64,000 nucleotides of DNA from Bacteroidales bacterium (lineage in GTDB: Bacteria > Bacteroidota > Bacteroidia > Bacteroidales > F082): NCBI GenBank assembly GCA_023229135.1, contig JALNZT010000006.1:1996-65995 (forward strand). The letters run 5' to 3'. Both the position numbers and the translations under genes were made by a program. Every line of letters begins with the position of its first letter. The stretch's first letter is position 1. The notes below the pieces were generated by a model. The model searched no databases. It saw nothing but the letters and a program-made list of their open reading frames with translations, and had not been told where the DNA came from. Positions 25,518-33,526 of this stretch are shown here, piece after piece.

Positions 25518-25829
25518 TTATTTTTTTGAAATAGTTATAATTTTTATTTGGCTGAATTTGTTATCTTGCCAATTACAAGTCCATTTAGCATCTAATAATT
25601 CATATTCAACATTTACAATTAAACCATCTACTGAAAATTCAGATTCTAATTCAATAGGTTTATACATAGTATCTTTTATCAATAAAAAGTATCCGCACCC
25701 ATCCATTGCAGGATTTCCCTCGAATAATATCGTGGCCTTATCCTTTAATGTTGTGATGTTATTTTTATCGCAACTACTTAGTAGTAATAGGGTTATTAAA
25801 AAAAAACATGTTAACTTTATATACTTCAT
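25518..25829 (-). CDS. small lipoprotein, unknown function
   Basis: 103-aa ORF with the lipobox LLLLSSCDKNN. Confidence 0.65.
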   Translation of the reverse strand: MKYIKLTCFFLITLLLLSSCDKNNITTLKDKATILFEGNPAMDGCGYFLLIKDTMYKPIELESEFSVDGLIVNVEYELLDAKWTCNWQDNKFSQIKIITISKK

Positions 25830-25970
25830 GATTTCAGGGTTTTAGTTAATAATATGACTAACCTTCAGAAGGCCGTTTATAGCATCTTGTATTACAATTT
25901 CATTTAATTATTTTTTCTTGAAAGAAAATTGTGATAGGAATAATTATCAATATTGTCAAAAATAGATTTT

Positions 25971-26381
25971 TCATTTTTCTTCGATTTTAGTTAAAATTAA
26001 ACGATTATAAGTATAATCAGCGGGTGCAAATGTTTTTTGACAAGTTTCCGTAACATATCCGGAAAATTTCACTTGTATAATTTCTCCTGATACTAATTTT
26101 GATTTTAGTGTATCAGACAAAAAATCTTCATTACATAATATATAGGCATGTACACAATTAATACAATTAGGCACTGTATAACCAAACCAAAATTTATTGT
26201 TATAGAAATCGTCCAAGCTATCCAATTGTATTTTATAACTCAAACTTCCATATAGTGGTTCAGCATCAGGAATTGTATATTGTATTATGCCATTGCAACC
26301 GCATTCATCTTTTTTATTTGTTTCTTTTTTGCAAGCAACAAATAACGTAAATAGTGTAATTAATAATAATAGTTTTTTCAT
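25971..26381 (-). CDS. small Cys-rich lipoprotein, unknown function
   Basis: 136-aa ORF with the lipobox LFTLFVACKKE and several Cys pairs (ECGCNG, PNCINCV). Confidence 0.65.
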   Translation of the reverse strand: MKKLLLLITLFTLFVACKKETNKKDECGCNGIIQYTIPDAEPLYGSLSYKIQLDSLDDFYNNKFWFGYTVPNCINCVHAYILCNEDFLSDTLKSKLVSGEIIQVKFSGYVTETCQKTFAPADYTYNRLILTKIEEK

Positions 26382-26441
26382 TTTTAAATTAATTTTAAGT
26401 GCTTAAATGTTATCACTTATGGAAAAAGCACATTCATAATG

Positions 26442-26655
26442 TCAAGAATATCCCAGAACGTCTTCATCTGTATTATAGCCACAACCATCTGATAAACAGC
26501 CGTCATCAATTAGATTAGCTGTGATAGTTTTTCTATTATTTTTGTAAATACCCAGCCTGAAATCATAGTCTAAGTATATCCCTCATTCTCAGTATTTAAT
26601 TCTGAATGGTTTAAATTGTCTATTTTTACTTTCTTAATATCTAATTTTTTTTCAT
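26442..26655 (-). pseudogene. possible decayed leader-peptide gene interrupted at an A8 tract
   Basis: ATG + A8 + TTAG gives MKKN*. With one extra A it would read MKKKLDIKKVKIDNLNHSELNTENEGYT. A third frame continues as GIYLDYDFRLGIYKNNRKTITANLIDDGCLSDGCGYNTDEDVLGYS*. It occupies the position of the first small ORF after leader module E. Confidence 0.3.
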
Positions 26656-26806
26656 GCTATTTATTGTTAAATTATTAAATTCTATAACGGGTTCATTATG
26701 ACTGATTTATGCGTAAAAAACGATTTTGACAATGAGAACCCAAAACCTTATAATATAAAAACATGTTTCGCCGCTACTTTATTCTATATAGTTGCGGCTA
26801 ACTCGA

Positions 26807-27299
26807 TCGAACTTATTCTTCCCCAACCAGAAAATATATTTTGTCGTGCAATAGGACACAAATTGTCTATTGTATAAAAGTGTACAGTAAAGCTCATGAC
26901 AACAATCAGCATTAAAGGCCGCTAAGTGGGCTAAACCACCACACCTTACTTTTTCGGGGGGGGGGGGTAGGATAGCAGAGCGAGCTAATCAGCTGCGTAT
27001 GCTTTAAAGCGCACAGCTTGAAGATTGCGGTTAGAAAAGACCTAAAAAAACGGATGGTTTTCATAAGTTGGTTTTGAGGCTTCAAATATAAGTACAATAA
27101 ACATAAAGCGCAACATTTTTTTTTACGATTTTGCAATAAAAAACAAATATTTTTTATGTTACTGAAAATCAACTGAATAAAACTGTTGTTTAAGCTTGAT
27201 AAATTCTAAAAGGTGGCTGAGAGAGCTTAGATTAACTAAATATGCTGGAAAAAATGGGAGCAAAACTCCAGGTTTACAACTAATTCTCTATTTCAAAAA
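26807..27299 (-). repeat. promoter/leader module copy E (heads the lipoprotein cassette)
   Basis: It aligns with copies A, B and D and has a G11 run at 26956-26966. Its upstream end joins a DUF4835-gene fragment at 27300 instead of the hairpin end of the other copies. Confidence 0.9.
27083..27113 (-). promoter_or_regulatory. Bacteroidota-type promoter in module E (TTG-20 nt-TATATTTG)
   Basis: Same context as module D. Confidence 0.5.
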
Positions 27300-27440
27300 A
27301 GACGAAATCATTTATATTTTCTCACAAGGAAGCCCGCAGGAAAAAACCAAAGTGGATAATGAGGCTCGCCAGTCAGGGCGCAACAAATTGGATTCGCCTC
27401 AGAGTCGCACCCTTACTCTTCACCCTGACTCTTAAAAAGC
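27300..27440. repeat. direct repeat 1 flanking the FtsX permease gene (begins with a copy of DUF4835 nt 4500-4559)
   Basis: gacgaaatcatttatattttctcacaaggaagcccgcaggaaaaaaccaaagtggataat is colinear with 4500-4559. It then continues gaggctcgccagtcagggcgcaac..., which is shared with 30162-30285. Confidence 0.85.
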
Positions 27441-27485
27441 GAAACTTTAGTTCCATACTTCTATGCACCATGTAAGGAACTCTTT

Positions 27486-29876
27486 TTATTTATTTCCTTT
27501 CAAATGTTTTATTGGACTGGTATTTAGTGTTTTGCTCAGCACGAAATAGCAAATCAATACTATAAAAGCTAGCATGCTGGTCGAAATAGCAAAGAGTACA
27601 AGATAGGAATAGGGAAGTGCTTGGTCAAACATTTCGTTAAACCTTGAAGTCAGCTCACCGGAAAATGGTATGGAAAAAACTATTACAATCGATATCATCA
27701 GCACGAAGTATTTTGAAAAATCTTTTATAATTATAGTATCAGGAGCGCCATAAACCCGTTTTACGGAAATATTGTATTGGTTTTCGTTCAAGAAGTATAA
27801 GGTTATACCTGTCAAACCAATTAACGCAATAGCTGAGATTATAACTGTAAAGAACAATATGAAGTTACGAAGTCCGATATCCTTTTCATACAAGCTATCA
27901 AGTGCTTCATTGAATGTGTTGCTACTAAACAACCTATTTGGCAAAACCTTTGAAATAATATCGTGTATGGCTTGTGTTTTTTCGGGAGAAACCTCATGAT
28001 GGAACCGAATCGCCATTTGCCGCGTTGTCATTTCGTTTGGATAAAAAATCATTGGCGATATCTGTTTATGCAGGCTGTGAAAACGGAAATTTTCAACAAC
28101 ACCCAGCACAGGCAAACCAGCAATTCGCTCCTCAAGTGGATTAGCAAATCCAAAAACATTGGCTGCTTTCCTGTTGATAAAAAGACCATGCGTTAAGGCC
28201 ATATTATCTGACAAATACAGCGAATCACCATCAACAAAAAGGCCATAAGTTTCAAAAAAGTCGTTGTTCACACGGTATATTTCGCATACCACTGATTTTG
28301 TTCTGTCATTATCAGGTTTTAAATCCTTTTGTGCGGAAGCATTCGAAGGTGGAAGTAGGATTCCACCTGTAACAGCTTTAACCATACCATAGTCTAATAG
28401 ATTCGATTTCAATTTGTTGTAGTCCTTTCTGCTGATATTTGAATCAAAGTATATATTGAGAATATTAGCTGTTTTATGGGTTGAATGCACGGATAAACCG
28501 TAATTCAATTGACGGTAAATATGGATTGAAAAAGTGAGCAGAACAAGGGAAACGAAAAATTGCACCCCTACAATAACATAAATACCAAACTTTCTGCCGA
28601 CTTGCTGCTTACTTTTTCTATGAATGGCTTCAATAGGTTTTAGGGCAGAAACATAAACACTTAAATAAACGGTAGAAATTGCAATTATTACAAACAACAA
28701 TATGCCAAGCCAAATAAAATACTCCCAAAGTTTATTCGTATGTACGATCACTTGTGGAAGCAGATATCCATCCAGAAAATTTTGATATAAAGCGTAATAC
28801 AATACAATAAATGGCGTTGTGAAAACTGCCAGAATCAAGGCTTCAGCAAAAAGCTGTCTAGCCAAACTTATATGGCTGGCACCAAAAACCTTACGAATGC
28901 CTATTTCGAGATGACGTTTTGCTGTAAGATTGGTTTGCAGCAATATGTAATTGAACGAAGTAAGTAACAAAAGCACCAAAATTGAAACGCGGTAATATTT
29001 TAAACTAAGGATATCCCCTTTTTCAATAAAATCATTTTTCACATTAGCCGAATAGTGAAATATATCTTCAAAACGCTGAAGCAGAAGGCTGTTTTCCGGT
29101 CGCGTATTTTTATAGGCATCTTTTGTTAAGCGGCTAAATGAGGTAACAAATTCTATTTCGCTAATATTTCGTTCTCTTTTGAGTAAAAAACACACATTAT
29201 CATCCGATAAAGAGTTTAGAAGATTATCCCGGTCGTAGCCATATTCATATACTAAGATGTCTTGGTGAAAGCTTAAATCACAAACAAAACCCGGTCGGTA
29301 GGTATTGTTCCACACGATATCCTCAAAAACACCTGAAACAATAAAGTCATGTCGCTTGTCCTTTAGCTTCATTGTAAACACTTTTCCAATAATATCTGAA
29401 GTGCCAAAATACTTATGCGCATTAGACTTCGAGAGTAATATATTTCCTGGTATTAGTTTTAAAGTTTCAGAACCAAATAAATTTTTAAAATTTAGTAATT
29501 TCATAAAATTGCTGTCAGCTGCATATACTTCCTCTTCAACCATCCCGACATCATCAATCATGCCATACATTTGGCCAATATTATTGGGTAGTTTTACGAA
29601 TCGTGAGTAGGCTGAAAAGTGCGGTGATTGCTTCAAGGCCATTTCAAAAAGGGGGTAAGGTACGGCAGGCTGTTTGAATCCGCTTTCATACCTGCTTATA
29701 ATCCGGTAGAGCAATTCGCTGTTTTCGATGTTTTTATTGTAGCTCATTTCGTTGATAAGCTTGAGCGATAGGGTGAAAATACCGAACAGGCCAAGGCTTA
29801 AGCCGAGAAGTGCAAGCAATGCGATAACTTTATTCCTGAAATAAAAGTTAAAGAAAGTTTTAATTAGGCCATTCAT
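27486..29876 (-). CDS. FtsX/MacB-like ABC transporter permease (two FtsX-type TM bundles)
   Basis: 796-aa ORF with an N-terminal TM, a large extracytoplasmic domain and a TM cluster, the whole arrangement repeated twice. This is the typical ~800-aa Bacteroidota ABC transporter permease. No ATPase gene is adjacent. Confidence 0.75.
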   Translation of the reverse strand: MNGLIKTFFNFYFRNKVIALLALLGLSLGLFGIFTLSLKLINEMSYNKNIENSELLYRIISRYESGFKQPAVPYPLFEMALKQSPHFSAYSRFVKLPNNIGQMYGMIDDVGMVEEEVYAADSNFMKLLNFKNLFGSETLKLIPGNILLSKSNAHKYFGTSDIIGKVFTMKLKDKRHDFIVSGVFEDIVWNNTYRPGFVCDLSFHQDILVYEYGYDRDNLLNSLSDDNVCFLLKRERNISEIEFVTSFSRLTKDAYKNTRPENSLLLQRFEDIFHYSANVKNDFIEKGDILSLKYYRVSILVLLLLTSFNYILLQTNLTAKRHLEIGIRKVFGASHISLARQLFAEALILAVFTTPFIVLYYALYQNFLDGYLLPQVIVHTNKLWEYFIWLGILLFVIIAISTVYLSVYVSALKPIEAIHRKSKQQVGRKFGIYVIVGVQFFVSLVLLTFSIHIYRQLNYGLSVHSTHKTANILNIYFDSNISRKDYNKLKSNLLDYGMVKAVTGGILLPPSNASAQKDLKPDNDRTKSVVCEIYRVNNDFFETYGLFVDGDSLYLSDNMALTHGLFINRKAANVFGFANPLEERIAGLPVLGVVENFRFHSLHKQISPMIFYPNEMTTRQMAIRFHHEVSPEKTQAIHDIISKVLPNRLFSSNTFNEALDSLYEKDIGLRNFILFFTVIISAIALIGLTGITLYFLNENQYNISVKRVYGAPDTIIIKDFSKYFVLMISIVIVFSIPFSGELTSRFNEMFDQALPYSYLVLFAISTSMLAFIVLICYFVLSKTLNTSPIKHLKGNK

Positions 29877-30161
29877 TTTGAAAAGGTATTTAGTATTCTA
29901 TTATACAAATTGAACTTTTCCGATACCATTATGGGGCAAGATGAATTTTTAACTCGAAGCTGGTACTGTAATATAATGATTGGCTGTTTCATAGCATGTT
30001 AATTAAAGTACGATATTACAAAATTATCTTTTCAAAAGCAAGCAACGAATTAGGTTCGTATTTTAAAAAATAGAGGAATATTATGTAAAAGGCTCAATAA
30101 ATTGCTATTGCTCCTTGTTTAAGATGTGTTTAATTGACTTTCAAGGGTAGGCGACGAAATC

Positions 30162-30285
30162 ATTTATATTTTCTCACAAACAAGCCCGTAGAAAAAAACC
30201 AAAGTGGTGAATGAGGCTCGCCAGTCAGGCCGCAACTAATCCGGAAACGATAAAATTCGCACCCTGACTTCAAAGCAATAAATAT
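30162..30285. repeat. direct repeat 2 flanking the FtsX permease gene
   Basis: gacgaaatcatttatattttctcacaaacaagcccgtagaaaaaaaccaaagtggtgaatgaggctcgccagtcaggccgcaac... is colinear with 27300-27440 apart from a ~24-nt internal deletion. Confidence 0.85.
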
Positions 30286-30354
30286 TCAGCTCTAAGAAAT
30301 ACCATTTACCATTGACAAAAAATCTCGTACTTTTGCTGCTAAACACGCGCTTTC

Positions 30355-32013
30355 ATGCTACAAAAAATTTCAATTTCCAATTATGCTTTAATCGAGGCAC
30401 TTAACATCAGCTTCGGGAATGGATTTACGGTAATCACCGGGGAAACCGGTGCCGGGAAGTCTATTTTGTTGGGTGCGCTGGGCTTGGTTTTAGGCAAAAG
30501 AGCCGATGTGAGTGTATTATTCAACAAGGATGAAAAGTGTATTGTTGAACTCAGTTTTCAACTTGAAAACGACAGCCTGAAACCACTTTTCGAAAGTTGG
30601 GATTTGGAATACGACAACGAATGCCTGATGCGGCGTGAGATAAGTCCTAAAGGAAAATCCAGGGCGTTTATCAATGATACGCCGGTAAATCTTCAGCAGA
30701 TGAAAACTCTTGGAAGTCAGCTTATTGATGTGCATTCCCAGCACGATTCTTTATTGCTGGTTGATCAAAACTATCAGTTGAAAATGCTGGATACTTTGAT
30801 AGAAGATCAATCGACAATTAAACAGTATAAATCGCATTATCAGGAATATATAAAACTTAAACACGAAATAGAGCAGCTTAAAAGCGAACTAAGCAACAAC
30901 CTGGCTGAAATGGATTTTTTGCGTTTTCAACTCGACGAACTCGAAGCGGCTAATTTGGTTGAGTCTGAGTTTGACGAATTGCAGCAAAGGCTGCTGATGC
31001 TCGATCATGCAGAAGAAATTAAAACTTCGCTGGTCGAAATAAATGGGATGATGCAGCAGGACGAACAGCCTGTTTTGCCGCAGCTTATGCAAATTAAACG
31101 ACAGCTCGAAAAATTACGAAAATATTTACCGCAAGCCACAAGCCTCGACGAACGCCTCAATAGCGTTTTGATCGAACTGAAAGATATTTCCTTTGAAACA
31201 GATCAGTTGGAAGCCGATGTGCAATTTGATCCCAACGAATTGGAACAGGCTTCAATACGCATGGATTTGATAAATCATTTGATGCACAAACATCATATCA
31301 AGGAATTTGATGAGCTACTGAAATTGAAAGTTGAGCTGGCCGAAAGATTGTCAAGTATTGATAGTTCTGAAGATTTGCTGACGCAAAAAACAAAGCTTTT
31401 CGATAGCAAATTAAGACTGCTCCAAACGCTTGCTGCCGATATTCACAAGCAAAGGCTTGCCGCTGCAAAACCTTTTGAGCAATCGGTTTCTGCCTTGTTG
31501 AAGCAGCTGGGAATGCCTTATGGGAGTTTCAAGATTGATTGCGCCCTCACCTCAAGCGTTTCGGAATCGGGTAGGAGTCGGGTACGTTTTTTATTTTCGG
31601 CCAACAAAGGCATTGCCGAAGCTGAAATTGATAAGGTAGCTTCCGGTGGCGAGCTTTCCAGGTTGATGCTCGCCATCAAATGGATGATAGCCGGCGCAGG
31701 ATTTGTTTCTACGGTAATTTTTGATGAAATTGATACCGGTGTTTCGGGTGAGGTGGCTGCTAAGGTAGCCCGGTTACTGAGGCAAATGGCTGAAAAAGTG
31801 CAGGTGGTCAGCATAACACATCTCCCACAGATTGCCAGCAAGGCTGATGCGCATTTCTTTGTTTTTAAGGAAGACGCTAAAGAGCGGAGTTTTACAAATA
31901 TGCGTCTTTTAAACCAGAATGAACGTTACGAGGAGGTAGCTAAAATGATTAGCAATGATGCTGTTTCTGATGTGGCTTTGCAGGCCGCCAAAAGTCTTTT
32001 TGAAGTTAATTGA
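30355..32013 (+). CDS. recN: DNA repair protein RecN
   Basis: 552-aa ORF with the N-terminal Walker A VITGETGAGKSILLGAL, a long coiled coil and the C-terminal SGGELSRLMLAIK..VIFDEIDTGVSG. Confidence 0.95.
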   Translation: MLQKISISNYALIEALNISFGNGFTVITGETGAGKSILLGALGLVLGKRADVSVLFNKDEKCIVELSFQLENDSLKPLFESWDLEYDNECLMRREISPKGKSRAFINDTPVNLQQMKTLGSQLIDVHSQHDSLLLVDQNYQLKMLDTLIEDQSTIKQYKSHYQEYIKLKHEIEQLKSELSNNLAEMDFLRFQLDELEAANLVESEFDELQQRLLMLDHAEEIKTSLVEINGMMQQDEQPVLPQLMQIKRQLEKLRKYLPQATSLDERLNSVLIELKDISFETDQLEADVQFDPNELEQASIRMDLINHLMHKHHIKEFDELLKLKVELAERLSSIDSSEDLLTQKTKLFDSKLRLLQTLAADIHKQRLAAAKPFEQSVSALLKQLGMPYGSFKIDCALTSSVSESGRSRVRFLFSANKGIAEAEIDKVASGGELSRLMLAIKWMIAGAGFVSTVIFDEIDTGVSGEVAAKVARLLRQMAEKVQVVSITHLPQIASKADAHFFVFKEDAKERSFTNMRLLNQNERYEEVAKMISNDAVSDVALQAAKSLFEVN

Positions 32014-32118
32014 TTTAATAAAAAATCACAACATACAGAATATCAATGTGATGACAAAAGCAATGATATTTCATTAATTCTTATCTTTGCCGCCAGCTAA
32101 TTAAAAAAAACTCACATC

Positions 32119-32973
32119 ATGGCATACAATCTTTTAAAAGGTAAAAAAGGAATTATTTTCGGTGCTCTCGATCACAAATCTATTGCCTGGAAAGTAGCAG
32201 AATTAGCCCACGAAGAAGGGGCAGTCTTTACATTAAGCAATACGCCAACGGCTTTGCGTTTCGGCGAATTGGATGAATTGGCGGCAAAAACCAATTCTAC
32301 GGTAATCCCTGCCGATGCTACTTCGGTAGATGACCTGACTCATGTTTTTGAAGAAAGCATGAAAGTGCTGGGTGGCAAAGTGGACTTCGTACTCCATTCC
32401 ATTGGGATGTCGCTCAACGTACGCAAGAAAAGGGTTTACAATGATGTGGATTATAACTACTTAAATAAAACGCTTGATATCTCGGCAATTTCATTTCATA
32501 AAATGCTTCAGATAGCTTTTAAACTGGATGCCATCAATGAATGGGGTTCGGTTGTGGCACTTTCCTATGTTGCCGCTCAACGCACCCATTATGGTTACAA
32601 CGATATGGCCGATGCCAAGGCGCTGCTGGAATCCATCGCGCGTAGCTTTGGTTATATTTATGGCCGCGACCGTAGAATCCGTATCAATACAGTTTCGCAG
32701 TCGCCTACCATGACTACTGCGGGGGGTGGCGTGAAAGGAATTGACGGACTGATGGATTTTACAAACAGGATGTCGCCTTTAGGTAATGCCGATGCAGCAG
32801 AATGCGCCAATTATTGTATCACGCTTTTTTCCGATTTGACACGAAAAGTAACCATGCAAAATCTTTTCCACGATGGTGGCTTCTCGAGCATGGGCATGAG
32901 CTGGAAAGCGATGGAGATGTATAACAAAAGCTTTGAATGCGATTGTAACGACGAAAAACTTATCACGGAATAG
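32119..32973 (+). CDS. fabI: enoyl-ACP reductase (NADH), FabI type
   Basis: 284-aa SDR with N-terminus LLKGKKGIIFGALDHKSIAW and a mid-protein Y-x6-K region (YNDMADAKALLES). Confidence 0.85.
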   Translation: MAYNLLKGKKGIIFGALDHKSIAWKVAELAHEEGAVFTLSNTPTALRFGELDELAAKTNSTVIPADATSVDDLTHVFEESMKVLGGKVDFVLHSIGMSLNVRKKRVYNDVDYNYLNKTLDISAISFHKMLQIAFKLDAINEWGSVVALSYVAAQRTHYGYNDMADAKALLESIARSFGYIYGRDRRIRINTVSQSPTMTTAGGGVKGIDGLMDFTNRMSPLGNADAAECANYCITLFSDLTRKVTMQNLFHDGGFSSMGMSWKAMEMYNKSFECDCNDEKLITE

Positions 32974-33001
32974 TTTGTAACAAGTTAACAGTTCAATGCT
33001 T

Positions 33002-33035
33002 AAACCTCAAATATTTCCGAAAATATTTGAGGTTT
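33002..33035 (+). terminator. perfect 15-bp inverted repeat downstream of fabI
   Basis: aaacctcaaatattt (33002-33016) pairs with aaatatttgaggttt (33021-33035). There is no clear U-tract. Confidence 0.45.
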
Positions 33036-33526
33036 AATAGACCTTATAATGATTGAAATCGTAATTAGGCGGAATTTAAGATTTTTTGGATTGTTAAGGC
33101 ATTTTTCTTTTGCATAGCCGTAGCTATGGAAAATGGTAGCTATGGAAAATGAAAATAACGAAAGCAAGCGGAAAAAGATAAATTGTGCCATACGATTTTA
33201 GTTGTTATGAGGTCTAGTAGTTGTTCTGTCTTGTTTTTTTTTGACCTTTTTATGATAATATCACCCTTTCAGGGTTTTTTTGACGCTTAGTATTTCAGGT
33301 ATTATAATAATGCCAGCCTTTCAGGCTTGATTCAAAGATGTTGGTGGTTTTTTTCTTTAAAATAATCGAGTTGATACCATAGCTACCAAGCTTCATATCA
33401 TCACAGGTAAATCGTTTATGCAAAGATTGCGGTGCGCCACATCTTTTTTATAAAAACATCTTTCTCCACATTTTCTTTTTCACTTTCCACTTTTAGTTTG
33501 TAACTTGTGGCGGAAATTAACCAGCC

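Noticed and set aside
25903-25977. 24-codon hydrophobic mini-ORF (MKNLFLTILIIIPITIFFQEKIIK) overlapping the stop of lipoprotein gene 25971-26381
   Set aside because: It is too short to support without conservation or expression data.
4623-30354. CRISPR array or IS element as an explanation for the repeats
   Set aside because: The repeats are ~0.5 kb long, not 25-40-nt units with spacers. I see no terminal inverted repeats, target-site duplications or transposase/Cas-like ORFs.
33120-33151. Tandem 2 x 16-bp duplication gtagctatggaaaatg in the fabI-kinase intergenic region, plus nearby small cctttcagg hairpins
   Set aside because: It has only two units, no associated ORF and no recognisable motif. 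It is most simply a slippage duplication.
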